Source: Ginglymostoma cirratum (lineage: Eukaryota). Taken from it: a DNA stretch of 64,000 bases. Every line of letters begins with the position of its first letter. The first letter of the stretch is position 1. The notes under the pieces were generated by a model, which was not told the origin of the DNA, made no database searches, and saw nothing but the letters and a program-made list of their open reading frames with translations. Location of the stretch: positions 6,765,545-6,829,544 of the forward strand of contig JAHRHZ010000040.1 in assembly GCA_024137785.1 (NCBI GenBank), given 5' to 3'. Below are positions 1 through 12,479 of the stretch, piece after piece. The position numbers and the translations under genes are program-made.

Positions 1-103
1 TCTTCAAAAGGACAACCTATTTCAGGTATTACCTGTATTTACGTCTTTCCTTAAATAAGGTGACCAGTACTGTGTAACTGAAATATAATCTCCCTAAACA
101 CAA

Positions 104-1060
104 CAAAATAGAACAAAGAACTGCAGATACTGGAAATTAGAAACAAAGCCAGAAATTTTTGGGAAAACTCAGCAGGTCTGATAGCGTCTGTGCAGAGAAA
201 GCAGAGTTGATGTTTTGGGTCCAGTGACTTTTCTTTTTACAACTGATTGTGGTTAGGAGAAGGTTGTTATTTATGCTGGGGATGGGGTGGGGGAAGGGGG
301 TGAAGAGTAAACGAAAGGTGGAGATGAAGCCCAGAGAGAGAGAAAACAACTGCAGGTCAGAAAAAGCAATTGGTAAAATCTCCCCACCCCTGGCCTCATC
401 CTATGTCCAACCCTCCCTCTCATGCCTGCCTCCTTGACCTGGCACAACCTGTCCATTTTCTTCTCCACCTATCCGCCTTACCCATACCGCCAACCAATCC
501 CCACTACTCACTACCCGCACCCAACCTGACCTTTCTCCAACCCCACCCATCTTTCCGCCCACCTCCTTGGCCTGACACAACCTGTCCATCTTCTCTCCCA
601 CCTACCCGTCCCACCCATCCTACTGACCAATCCCCGCCACTCCTTACCTGCATTCACCTATCGCCATCCCACTTAGCTTCCCCAGCCCCAACCCTCATCT
701 CTTTACTTATTTCCCCAGCTCTGCTCCCCCTCCCCATTTCTGAAGAAGGGTTCGGACCCAAAACATCAACTTTCCTGCTCCTCTGATGCTACCAGGCCTG
801 CTGTGTTCCTCCAGCTCCACACTATGTTGTCTCTGACTCCAGCATCTGCATTTTTGCTATCTCCATGGGTAAAGGTCAGCCTGGGGAATCAATAGCTGCT
901 GATGAAGACTACTAGTAGCTGACAATGGGATGGTTGTGGTAACAGTCCATCTGATAACAAAGCCTGAGGTGTGGGGGACAGGGTAAGGACATGGGAGAAG
1001 GTGCTCAGGCGCTAAAATTATCGAACCTGATATTGAGTCCCAAAGGCTGAAGAGCATTGA
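104..1060. mobile_element. Nested degenerate Penelope-like 3' end/pLTR fragments (+ strand copy ~370-866 inside an older - strand copy)
   Basis: 370-866 resembles the 3' end of the element at 27.9-30.5 kb (TAAAATCTCCCCACCC...CTGAAGAAGGGTTCGGACCC...CCAGCATCTGCA). The flanks resemble the opposite strand of a related family. Confidence 0.65.
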
Positions 1061-1588
1061 AAGGGAAATCTCTTACTTTTGAATGCATAAATAATCCATA
1101 TTTTTTTAAAGACAGTTGTTCATTGTTCACTAGAGATTGGAAACCCTAATCAAGTGACTCTTTATTGTTTTACCTAGCCATACTGCAAAAAAACATTCTC
1201 ACTCTTTATCCATTGCCTGTAGTGGAGTTTGGAACTAACTGAAGAGCTGAGACTCACTACCTCTCGGGGTGTTTTATATTTCAGTCAAGTCAAATCTTAC
1301 TCTTCCAAACTCCAGCAGATATAAGACTAGCCTATCCAACTTCAAGCTGAGACTCTTCAGTAACCTATTAACAATTGAAACTCCCCCTGAAGTAAGCCAA
1401 TATTTACATTTTAGTTTGGATTACAGAAAACTTGTGGGGAGGGGCCTGTTGAATACTAAATAGGACTATTTAGTTTTTGTTAAGTTATGCTGTTTAACCT
1501 CAAATATGTAAATTTCACAAAAACATGCTTGCGATATATTTGCTCTTGTTCAGTTGATAACCCTTTTTTCACTTTTTTTTCTTTTTAG

Positions 1589-1701
1589 TCCTTCCGTTTG
1601 TAATTTCAGTAGTAACTATTCTTGCCGTTGTCATCGTCATAATTGCAATGCTGTTCATCTGTCACTTTGTTAAGAAGAAGCAAGTATTGCCCAAGGTTTT
1701 G
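1589..1701 (+). CDS. IFNGR1: Interferon gamma receptor 1, transmembrane exon
   Basis: Polypyrimidine tract + AG at 1587-1588 and GTGAGT donor at 1702, phase 1 to 0. Reads xLPFVISVVTILAVVIVIIAMLFICHFVKKKQVLPKVL: TM helix, basic stop-transfer residues, and an LPKxL motif like the mammalian LPKS JAK1-binding site. Confidence 0.9.
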
Positions 1702-2199
1702 GTGAGTTTGCAGTTTTTTTCTGCTAGTGGAAAGGGCTATTTCCTATCTGTTTAAATGTAACAAGCAAAGATTACAGTGACAGAATATTATACATTGTGA
1801 ATTCGCCAATTTCAGATTTAATTAACAATTGTACAATGTCATAGTGTGTAACTAGTAATGTTTAGATATATTCATACTATGTCCACTAAAATTAGGCAAG
1901 GATAAACTACTTCAGAGCTAGCAAATTGTTGATGTATTAGCAAAGCATTTATATCACAGTAATTTCAATATAGCAAGATTAACAAACAGGTATAGAGTTT
2001 TAAAATTGGCTGAATTTGATTAATGAGGAACAAAGTTGTAGAATGCAGCAAGATGGCAATGCATTACTGAAGTGGGAATTCAATCCGCAGAGCATTTTTA
2101 CTCAAACATAAATAGAAATACATTTGAATGAAAGAGGTGTATTTGACATTTGTTACCCATCTCATTTAAATAAAACTAAGATTATAATCTAATTTCTAG

Positions 2200-2616
2200 G
2201 TTCATCGCATTATGGGTGAGAGGGGGAAAGCATACATGGATGTAAACATGGAATCTGATGAAAGTAACTTAAGTGAGCTGAAAGGATTGGAGAATGCATT
2301 TGCTGTTCCTAAAGTTGACCAGTGTGATGAGACACAAGAGGATTTGACCAAACCTCCTTCAGACATCTTTGTTGACCGAGTTAATACTGATGTGAATGAC
2401 AGTGAACCAGTAAATGCTGACTTGGATGATCCATATGCAGCTAAAATTCATATCAATGGCATAGACCAAAGATGTCATACTCAGGACAGTGTTGAAGTAG
2501 ACGACAATATTCTGGAGAAAACTTATGACTTGTGTCAGACTAATTCTGAGCCTGTGAAACAAATCTGTGCAGATAATTGGGGTTATGACAAACCTCAAGT
2601 ACTGTTTGCACTTTAA
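2200..2616 (+). CDS. IFNGR1: Interferon gamma receptor 1, last (cytoplasmic) exon
   Basis: TTTCTAG acceptor ends at 2199, in frame with the previous exon. VHRIMGERG...DNWGYDKPQVLFAL* matches the IFNGR1 STAT1 docking motif GYDKPH-VL. Confidence 0.9.
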   Translation, partial: VHRIMGERGKAYMDVNMESDESNLSELKGLENAFAVPKVDQCDETQEDLTKPPSDIFVDRVNTDVNDSEPVNADLDDPYAAKIHINGIDQRCHTQDSVEVDDNILEKTYDLCQTNSEPVKQICADNWGYDKPQVLFAL

Positions 2617-2814
2617 ATAATTGCACAAATTCACCAAATTTGTGATGGAGCAAAGCACTGGTATATTGCCACTTTATAATACTAAGCATTCTTCTTGTGA
2701 ACACAGTGGACATCAAGTTTCTTGCAAGAAAAATGTGACATTGGCCACAACAGTTCCAGCCTGATTGTTCAAAATTACCTATGACAAATATCTTAAACCG
2801 TGCTATTCCTGCGT

Positions 2815-3720
2815 CACTGATGAATTAGACCTTGAGTTAGGGGGTACAGCTCAAAAATTGCTGATGATACAAAACTTGGAAACATTTTCAACCAAGAAGA
2901 AGATAATGTAGAACTTCAAAAGAATGTTGACAACTTGGAAGAGTGTGCAAACATTTCAATATTGAGAAATGTGAGGTGATGCATTTTGATGGGAAAAACA
3001 TGGAGAGACAATATAAAACGAAGGATCTAACTCTCCTAAAGGAGGTAAAGGGGCAGAATGTCATGGCTATATGCAAAATTAATTAAAGGTGACAGTTCGA
3101 TGAGAAAACAGTTAATAAATGTACTATATCCTAGGGTTTGTTAACAGGTGCATAGGATACAAGAGCAAATAGGTAATTTTGAAGTTGTATAAGATATTAG
3201 TGTAGCCTCAGTTGGAGTATTGCATCTAGTTCTGGGTGCCAAATTTCAGGAAGAATATGAAGGCATTGGAGAGGAGTGGTTCCAGGGATGAGAGACTTCA
3301 GTTATTAACTCAGCTTGGAGAGGTTGGGACTGTGTTCCTTGCAAAGAGAAGACTGAGGGGAGATCCGACAGCTGTGAAGATGTCTGGTGATGGTGTTCCA
3401 AATTGTGGGGTCTAGGAAGTAGATGTGGGATTGTCCCACTTGTAAAAGGATAAAGAATGAAATGTCACAGCATTAAAATAATTGGCTAAGGAACCAGAGG
3501 TGATATTAGGAACAAAAGCTTTTTCACTAAATTAATGGCTAGGATCCAGAGTGGCATTTTCTGAGAGTACAGCAAAGGTAGGTTCAATCACTGCATTCAA
3601 AAGGGAATTAGAATGTTATTTAAAAGAAATAAGCACATGCTTATGGGGAGAGGTCTGAAGAACAGCACTAAATGAAATTCACATTCTGAGAGCTGCAGTA
3701 GACACCAGCTGAACACCTGT
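2815..3720 (+). mobile_element. Degenerate CR1 LINE 3' fragment just downstream of IFNGR1
   Basis: Decayed ADDTK, KCEVMHF and LEYC motifs, similar to CR1 ORF2 at 19.8-21 kb. Confidence 0.75.
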
Positions 3721-4113
3721 CTTTGGCAGTGTAATAATTCTGTGTATTCTAACCTGGTGTGCAATAATGATTACTGAAACAGTCAAAATGACATTAATAT
3801 TTGAAAGGCTGTGCATTTGCAGGAGCTCGAAATAATTGAATACTCAGTTCTGCGATTATGAAATAACATTTTACTGTTTACTGTGGGGGAGCAGGGAATG
3901 CTTTTGAGTTAATAATGCTGTAGTTGACTTTGTGATCGTGTTCTCACTTCAGAGTCAGAGTTTTGTACTCAACTCTCCTTAAAAATCTAAACTGACACCT
4001 GAATATAGTATTGAAAGAATATTGTACTATTCGAGGCATGTTTTTCAGATGAACCATTGGAGTATAAATTCATCTTGGAATATTAGCAAAGAGTGGATGA
4101 TGCCAATTAGCAA

Positions 4114-4213
4114 CATTTTCTAAAGAAGGGTCTAGACCCGAAACGTCAGCTTTCCTGCTCCTCTGATGCTGCTTGGCCTGCTGTGTTCATCCAGTTCTAC
4201 ACCTTGTTGTCTC
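4114..4213 (+). mobile_element. Short Penelope pLTR derivative with hammerhead motif (core CTGA mutated to CTAA)
   Basis: TTTTCTAAAGAAGGGTCTAGACCCGAAACGTCAG...CACCTTGTTGTCTC, with AGCAAC on both sides. Confidence 0.8.
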
Positions 4214-4914
4214 AGCAACCTGTTCTGGTCAGTTTAACACAATAAAATTGTTTATTGTTCAAAATGCAGTGACTCACGAGTTCCCAGGACAGCTTGACAT
4301 CCCATTAAACTAGACCTTCTCTGTCATGTCAGCAGGGCATGAAAGATCACATTACCTTTTTCAAAGAAAAGCATCAATGTTCTCCTAGCTAACATTTATC
4401 TCCCAGACTGCTGGAAACTTAAAATTTGAAGAAAATGCTGGAAATATTCAGCCGCTCTGACCGCACCTGTGGGGAGAAAAACATTTAACATTTCAGGGTC
4501 ACTGACCTTTTATCATTTATGCAGCAGGTCCTTGTTTGTTAACCCAGGAATAATTCTGTTCATCTGCATTCGCTTCCAAGTTTAACAGTTTGTTTCCTAT
4601 AAGGTTCAATGCCCAAAACTGAACACAGTACTCTGTATCACGTCTGATCAAGGCTCTGCGTAACTTATTAACGTAACTTTTGAACTTCAATCCTCTTGAG
4701 AAGACACAAGATGTGATAGGTTATTTATGTTCTAATAGTGAGTCAGAATACTGTTTGGCATTGCAATTTTAAGCATTATCTCAGGGACACTGAATTCAAA
4801 GAATATTTTGCGCAGTTTTATTATATAATTGAGATGTTATGAAAAGGATACTACATTTCATTCAGGCATAATATTAAGTCTCAAATTAAAATTCTTGTTT
4901 TGTATTTTGGTGGT

Positions 4915-5612
4915 GTTCTCAATCTCAGTATCCATTGTACACTAGGGTAATGAATTCCACAGATTCCTTTTGAGAGAAGTAATTCCTCCTCAACTGTTTT
5001 AAATCTGCTACCCCTCATCCTAAATCTATGACCTCTTGTTCTAGATTTCGACACTAATTTGTCAGTCCTCTTTCACATCTTGATATCTCAATTAGATCTC
5101 CTCTCGTTCTTCTAAACTCCGGAGAGTATAGGCCTAAGTTGCTCAGTCTGCCTTCATTAGACAAAGTCTGATCTCTGGAATTAATCTAGTGAACCTCTTC
5201 CGAACTGCCTCCAAAACAACCATGTCCCTCCTCAAGTTAGGGGATCAGAATTGTACGCAGTTGTCCAGGTACGGTCTGATTAATGCCTTGTACATTTGCA
5301 GCACGACATCCTAACCTTTATACTCTATTCCTTTAGAATTAAATGCCAGAATTCTGTTTACTTTCTTAATTATCTGATTGTATACTTCTAGTCTGAAATA
5401 GGACTACTGACCGAAACATGCTACTCACATAGTCATCTGTGTCACAGACATACAACACTGACTCAAGGCATCACACGAGATCTATAACCCACAGTTGAAA
5501 CTTCTGCAGCTGATGTCACTTCCTGCATATGTTTATCTGGGTTACTGTGTGTGTTCGCTACATTACACAGACTGCAGGATGTACATTCCACTGGGTTGAC
5601 CTGACCTGCCAT
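4915..5612 (-). mobile_element. CR1 remnant: ORF1 zinc-finger start (about 5440-5612) and ORF2 3' part (about 4915-5380)
   Basis: Minus strand reads MAGQVNPVECTSC..., like CR1 ORF1 at 18108. The lower part resembles the reverse complement of the CR1 RT C-terminus. Confidence 0.65.
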
Positions 5613-7385
5613 CCAATACCTTTAAAAGAAATATTTTATTATTATTACTAGAAACCTACGAGTACAGCTAGTGCCCAGATTGTGAACTGGTTCCATTCTG
5701 GTGTCTATTCAAAAGTTGATTTGTACGCAATTTGGAACACAATGCAGGACAATGAAAAGGAACTGTTTGTAGATACAAGAAATGTTTGGATCTTTAAATT
5801 TATACCCCTAATGAGGTTGTGTTTTTATGTATGGGCATTGATAAGTCAGACATTCATAAATCAGGGACCCCATGTTTTTGCCAATAAGTTTCTTCTGCCG
5901 TACCAAGGTAAGACCCAATTGCAGGAGGTAAGTCCTAGTGGAGATGACCCTTTTGTACTGATTTCGGTATCAGACTGTTCCCCTCTATATGTGTCACATC
6001 ACCCACTTTTAAATATAGAGAAACCTCATACACATAAAGAAAAATACATTGAGAGCAAACAATTCTGACCTTGAGAGAAAAACATACAACTGCTCAGCCT
6101 GAAATTTGTGTTGAATTGTTGAAATTAATGCAAATAATGACTGAACAATCAGTTAAATAGAGTAATTAAATGGTTATGCCATTTATGTTTCGGCAAGTTA
6201 AAAGACAGTGTTGATTTAGAATGAGCACTTCATAGCATGCCTCTGCGACAAAAACAGCACAGGACCTGCTAATTTATGGAACTGTACAGGAGACATGCTA
6301 GTTTGTCATGTTTTGAGATCAAATTTTGATTTAAATAGATTAGCCATCCATTTCTTTAGTGTTATCTGTGATCTGTGCCCTGATTATATTGCAACATCTA
6401 CTGTACTGAACTGCAAAGGTGAGCAGCTCTATCCAGCCTGTCCCCACACTCCTGATGCCTGAAACCAGATACCATTGTGCACAATGTAGCATGTAGCACA
6501 AACTTATTAACAATTTTAAAGTTTAATTTGTTCATGTATTAATACTGAACATTGACCTCAATTGTGAATTGAATATTTTTCCAACCAATATTTTCACTAA
6601 AATCTGAACGTTACAGTTCCAAACTTTATTTAATCTTGTAATTTTTACTTTTGTGATTCCATTATGTAGTGTGGCTCTATCACTGTACTAAATAGGATAC
6701 ATTTCAAACAGACCTAGCAACTCAAGATTTACGATCCATGAGGTATTGTGGGGCTTCAGCAGCAGCAGACTTATATTCAAGCACATTGTCCAACCTCATG
6801 TCCCAGCATGTCCCCCAAGTTACAAGGAGAAGGAGCAGCACCAGGTATACCTAAAAATTCGGTGCTAATCTGGTGAAGCTACAAAGCAGGACTACCAGTG
6901 TACCAAACAGCATAAGTAACAACTGTTAGACAGATAAGCAATTCCACAGTGACCTATCAGATCTAAGCTTGGCAGTCCTGCCATGTCCAAGCATGAATGT
7001 CCAATTAACCCAATGGAGAAAGCGGTGGCTCCACAAACAGCTTCAATGACGGGAGAGATAAGATGAATTTACAAGCAGCTTCGGCCAGAAGAGCCGAGTG
7101 GACATTCCATTTCGACCTCCTCTAGTGGCCCCCAGCATCACAGTTGCGAGTTTCGAGTCAGTTTGATTCACTCCATATGAAATGGAGGCACTGGATATAA
7201 CATTCCAGAAATAGTACTGAAGACATGTGCTCCGGGACAAGCCATGCCCCAGCAAAACACCTTGTCAGATATTTGAGATAACAAGCGTGGGGCTGGATGA
7301 ACACAGCAGGTCAAGCAGCATCATAGGAGCAGGAAAACTTGACGTTTCGGGCCTAGACCCTTCATCAGAAAATTTTCTGATGAAG

Positions 7386-7785
7386 NNNNNNNNNNNNNNN
7401 NNNNNNNNNNNNNNNNNNNNNNNNNNNNNNNNNNNNNNNNNNNNNNNNNNNNNNNNNNNNNNNNNNNNNNNNNNNNNNNNNNNNNNNNNNNNNNNNNNNN
7501 NNNNNNNNNNNNNNNNNNNNNNNNNNNNNNNNNNNNNNNNNNNNNNNNNNNNNNNNNNNNNNNNNNNNNNNNNNNNNNNNNNNNNNNNNNNNNNNNNNNN
7601 NNNNNNNNNNNNNNNNNNNNNNNNNNNNNNNNNNNNNNNNNNNNNNNNNNNNNNNNNNNNNNNNNNNNNNNNNNNNNNNNNNNNNNNNNNNNNNNNNNNN
7701 NNNNNNNNNNNNNNNNNNNNNNNNNNNNNNNNNNNNNNNNNNNNNNNNNNNNNNNNNNNNNNNNNNNNNNNNNNNNNNNNNNNNN
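7386..7785. other. Assembly gap (400 N), probably spurious
   Basis: The flanks overlap by 29 identical nt (7357-7385 = 7786-7814). Confidence 0.9.
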
Positions 7786-7801
7786 ACCCTTCATCAGAAA
7801 A

Positions 7802-7837
7802 TTTTCTGATGAAGGGTCTAGGCCCGAAACGTCAAGT
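7802..7837 (+). ncRNA. Minimal type I hammerhead ribozyme motif
   Basis: TTTT-CTGATGA-A-GGGT(CTAG)GCCC-GAAA-C-GTC-AAG: catalytic core boxes, helix II, GUC cleavage triplet and the palindromic ACGT helix III typical of Penelope hammerheads. Confidence 0.8.
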
Positions 7838-9109
7838 TTTCCTGCTCCTATGATGCTGCTTGACCTGCTGTGTTCATCCAGCCCCATACCTTGTTATCTC
7901 GGATTCTCCAGCATCTGCAGTACCTTTTATCTCTTGTCAGATACTTGAATAGGCAGGGAATAGAGAGATATGGACTACAGAGAGGCAAAAGATTTTTAGT
8001 TTAGAAAATTGTCATGTGCCAGTGCAGGCTTGCTGGGTCAAAGGGCCTGTTCATGTGCTGTACTGTTCTTTGTTTTCATTGTTCTTTGTAAAGCTGTTCT
8101 GTTACAGATACATTGCCCCACATACCTCGTGTACAAAAAGGAAGCAGAACAAATTGAAACTTGCTAATTACTATTCATCAGTCTACTCTTGATCATCCGT
8201 AAAGTGATGGAAAGTGTTATAAGCGGCACCTGCTCAACAATAACCAGCTCAGTGACACTCAGTTTGGGTTCCACCAGGGCCACTCAGTTCCTGAACTCAT
8301 TACAGCCTTGGCTAAAATATGGATGAAAAAACAAAATTCCAGAGAATGAATCCTTGACATCAAGAACCACATTTGACCAAGTGTGAATTCAAGGAGTACT
8401 CGCAAAATTGGAGTTAATCAGAATCCGGTAGAAAACACCATTGGCTGGAGTCTTACCTGGCACAGTGGAAGATGGTTGTGATTATTGGAGGTTAGTCATC
8501 TCAGCTCCAGCACACATCTGCAGGAGTTCCTCAGGGCAGCGTCCTCAGCCCATCTATCTTCAACTACTCCCCAAATCTGTCCAACATCTACAAGGCACAA
8601 ATAAGGAATGTGATGGAATAATCCCCACTTGCAGCTTCAACAACATTCAAGATCCTGTGCCCAATTGATCAATGGCCCCTCCACAAAAATTCACTCCCTC
8701 CACCACTAATGCTCAGTAGCAGCAGTGTGTACTATCTAGAAGGTACACTGCATAAAATCACCAAGGGTCCTTAAGACAGCACCTTCCAAATCTGTGTCCA
8801 CTACTATCTAAAAGTGTTAAGAACAGCAGTTAGGTGGAATCACCAAAACCTGCAAGTACCTCTCCAAGCCATTCACCATCCTGAATTTGAAATATATTCC
8901 TACAGAGTCATTAGGTCAAAATCCTGGAGTTTCCTTCCAAACAGTGCTGTGAATGCACCTACACTAAATAGACAGCAGCAATTCAAAGCAGGAGCTCCCC
9001 ATCACATTTTTGAGGGCAATGTAGGGAATAGAAATAAATGGTGCTGCTGGTCAAGAATTACCTTAAGAAAGAAAGAGCATTTCTCTTAATTATCAGCAAA
9101 TGCTGTGGT

Positions 9110-9350
9110 CACAATCTCACCCCTGAATCAGAACATTGTGGGTACAAACCCCAATCTAAAACTTGAGCATAAATTTGAGGGTAACAGTCCTACACAGCAC
9201 TGTGGGAGTGCAACATTGTGTGAGGGTGCTAATTGCTAGGCGAAACATTAAACTGATACCAGAGACTGTATGGTTAAATGAATTTTAACAATCTCTTGGT
9301 GCCATTTCAAAAATGAGCAACAAGAATTTGTATTTCTTATGGCCCGAAAA
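9110..9350 (+). mobile_element. Degenerate Deu-domain SINE (related copies at about 3930-4060 + and 55240-55420 -)
   Basis: tRNA-like head followed by CAGCACTGTGGGAGTGCAACATTGT...GGTGC, resembling the DeuSINE core. Confidence 0.5.
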
Positions 9351-10900
9351 ACATAAAATATCCTAAGGTGCTTCATTAGCACTTTGTGAAGCAAATTTTG
9401 GCACAGAGCCACATCGGAAGATACTGGGCAGATGACCAAAAACGTAATTGAGAAAAGTTTTAAGGAATGTCTTCCAGGAAGGATTATGCATACAGATTAG
9501 GAGAGAGTGCTTAAGCTCTGAGCTTTGGCAGCTGGAGGTACAGCCACCAAAGATGTAATGTTAAAATCAGTAGTGCTGAAAGGTCAAAATTGGAGGATTG
9601 CAAATATCTGAGTGTCGTGTGGCTGGAGGAGATTAAAGATAGTATGGAGCACAAGATTGAGGAAGGATTTGAAAATGAGGATGAAAATTTTAAAATAGGG
9701 GCATTGCCTAGCCCATATGCAAGGTTATTCAACAAGCATATGTGTGATGGGTCTCAGGACCTGGTGTGAGTTTGCTTGAGATCAGTGTTTTGGATGGTGA
9801 AGCTTACAGAGGGTAGGATGTGGGAGGCTACCAGAAGTATAGTGGAGTCAGAATGATAGAGGTAACAACGGCATGGCTGAGGGTTTCAGCAAATGATTAG
9901 CTGATACAAGGACTGTCTTGGACAGTTAAAAGGAGGAAGTATCTGGTCTTAGTGATGGTATGGATGTGTGATTTCAAGGTCAAATATGACACCAGTATTG
10001 TGAACAGTATGGATTTGGTGACTTGGGAATGGAGTTGTGATGGGCTCAAAGACATTGGATTCAGTCTTCCCAACGTGTGACTGAAGGACATTTCTGGTCA
10101 TCTAATAAATGATTTGTAATAGACAGTCTAATGGGCCAAACCAAACCCCCTCAAAATACATTACGGAGATAGCCCAGACTGCAGCTTTTTTTTTTAATGA
10201 CAAGTGTAAGGCGTTTTGTTCTGGATGCAATTCAATTGGTCAAACCAAACAGGCTGAAGCAAAATACGCCTTTATTTTTACACTGTAGTTAAATGAAACC
10301 AAAAGAAAGAAGAATTGGAATAATTTAATTCAGAATAATACTAACTACTAAACAGCAAAGGTTCCAAAATAATAGCATCTCATAAACACAGCCTTAGCAA
10401 AGGCAAATTCTGTAAATAGATTCACACATGAAATTCTCCAGTCCAGGGTGAAATAACATTAGGAGAAAACTCTGAGAGAAAGAGAGAACACAAGCATTTT
10501 GCTGTTGCAGGGAGAGATAGAGCAGCTTCCAAACCTTAACAGCTACTGAAAGTTAAGCTAAAATTCTGGTTCTGTGGGAGCTTGACCCCATCCCTTCGCG
10601 CTGCTTCTATTCCAATTTTTTTTTAAAAAGTCCAAGGCCTCACAAACGGTTTATGTTATTGACTTGTAACAGAAAGCTCATCACCTCTGCCTCAACCTCT
10701 CTTCATAAAAAAAGGACAAAATACACCTCTTAAAGCCATAGTATCATTGCAACAGTCTGACAATTAATTGAAGAGTGGGTGTTGTCAGTTTGGATGTGAA
10801 AACCGATGTGTTTTTGGGCAATGCACTGACAGCCAGCATGTATCTGAGAAATGGTCAGGGGTTTCAGATTGATGCTTAGGCCACACCACAGACAATACTG
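9350..10900 (-). mobile_element. Degenerate L2-like LINE
   Basis: ORF 9897-10091 contains SHIHTITKTRYFLL, like the L2 RT C-terminal HI..ITK.AYFHL motif. The element resumes after the nested LTR. Confidence 0.55.
10127..10751 (-). mobile_element. Probable solo LTR (~625 bp) inserted in the L2
   Basis: ACAG(TCT) duplicated at 10123 and 10752. Termini TCTAATG...CATTGCA form an imperfect inverted repeat, and there is a minus-strand AATAAA near 10271. Confidence 0.55.
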
Positions 10901-10918
10901 CAGGAGTTGGAAGAGAAA

Positions 10919-11093
10919 GATGTGTAGGCTACATGGATTGGCAATGCTAAATTGCCCGTAGTGTCCAGGGATTAGCCATGGAAAAGTGCAGTGTTACAGG
11001 GATAGTGTAGGGGTGTGGGTGGGTTACTCTTCGGAGAGGCGGTTTGGATTCGATGGGCTGAATGGCCTGCTTCTGCACAGTAGGGATTCTATG
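10919..11093 (+). mobile_element. HE1/V-SINE 3' fragment
   Basis: GGATTGGCAATGCTAAATTGCCC core and a CR1-type GGGATTCTATGA tail. Confidence 0.65.
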
Positions 11094-11129
11094 AGAAGTC
11101 ATTGTATGTGATCCTGTCACTGCAATTTA

Positions 11130-11715
11130 GAGACATAGAGGTTTACAGCATGGAAACAGGCCATTCAGCCCAACTTCTCCATGCTGCCCAGTTTCACAAC
11201 TAATTTAGTCCCATTTGCCCGCATTTGGCCCTTTTCCCTCCATACCTATTCCATCTTAAATGACAAAATTGTACTCACGTCTGTCCCTACCTCTGACAGC
11301 CCATTCCAAACACCACGCTCTGTATGAAAAAAATTGCCCCTCTGGATCATTTTGTGTCTTTCCTCTCTCACCTTAAACCTATGCCCTCTAGTTTTAGACA
11401 CACCCACGAGGGTACAAAGATTTGGCTCTCTACCTTATCTATACCTGTTATGATTTTATCGACCTCTGTAAGGTCATCCCTCAGTCTCCTACGCTCCAGG
11501 GAAAGAACTCCTAGCCTACCCACCCTCCCTGTAACTTGAATCTTCTAGAGCAGGTAGCATCCTAGTAAATCTTTTCTGCACTCTTTCTAGTTTAATAATG
11601 TCCTTTTTACAGTAGGGTGACCAGAACTACATAAAGTAACAAATGTGGCCTTAGCAATGTCTTGTACAGCTGCAACAAAACGTCCATACTCCTGTTCTCA
11701 ATGCTTTGACTGAGA
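11130..11715 (-). mobile_element. CR1 LINE 3' fragment
   Basis: Reverse complement of the CR1 RT C-terminus and tail. Confidence 0.7.
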
Positions 11716-11939
11716 ATGGAATAAAGTCAGTCCCGATCTATGCAGCCTTTGGTGACTAATGGCTGCAGTAGGGGAGTCATGTGATAAAACTGCCAGTAAT
11801 AGATTTAGTCATAGTTGGCAACCCTAATTACACTAAGGATTTATATGCCAAGACCATGAGACCATGACTCAGTAAAAGATTCCTGCATGAGATTGCTTTG
11901 GTAACTTGTGTGTAATATTTGCAAGCAGAAGTCATGAGA

Positions 11940-12220
11940 CTCCTTTATCTACTCCTTTGTTTGTCTGCCTGTTCTCTCTCTTTGGGCTCTATCCCCACCT
12001 ATTGTTTACTCCTTACACTCTCCCCACCCTCCCCCCCCCACCCTATCTTCTGCATATAAAACCAACATTTTGCTAGCTGCCATCAGTTCTGAGGAAGGGT
12101 CACTGGATACAAAACATTAACTCTGATCTTTTCTTCATAGTTGCTGCTAGACCTGCTGAGCTTTTCCAGCAACTTCTATGTTGTTTCCCGATTTACAGCA
12201 TCAACAGTTCTTTCCGTTTC
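11940..12220 (+). mobile_element. Old Penelope pLTR with decayed hammerhead
   Basis: Pyrimidine-rich tract followed by CTGAGGAAGGGTCACTGGA...AAAACATTAAC. Confidence 0.6.
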
Positions 12221-12479
12221 TATATAGGATATTCCTACTCCTTCCTCCTCACTCAGATTCCCTGCTCTTCCTCTTATGGAGCTATCCCTTTTTCATGAAA
12301 AAGCAAGGGAATTCCAAACCCCCAACATGGTTTCCTTTCCCAGAAACAGCTGTCAGCATATGCGACCATTGAGAATTATGCTATGTAATTGCAATATGAC
12401 TGCAAGGGAATATCTTGGTTGACCTTCTGGTCACTTCCTCTATTTAACACATGAAACTAGCATTAAATTTAATATTGGA

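Larger units (their letters stand above)
7276..7933. mobile_element. Fold-back palindromic Penelope pLTR derivative with hammerhead motifs
   Basis: Inverted arms of ~95 bp centred on AAAATTTT; the right arm has an extra ~33-nt tail. TSD CTTGTCAGATA(T/C)TTG at 7261-7275 and 7933-7947. Confidence 0.9.
6870..9050 (+). mobile_element. Degenerate L2/CR1-group LINE RT and 3' end, interrupted by later insertions
   Basis: Decayed QFGF..GHS, ALDI...FD.VW and GVPQGSVL motifs. Confidence 0.55.

Noticed and set aside
370-786. Proline-rich 138-aa ORF
   Set aside because: It is a translation of the C-rich Penelope 3' region.
7227-7887. 208-aa and 188-aa ORFs
   Set aside because: They run through the N gap and a palindromic repeat.
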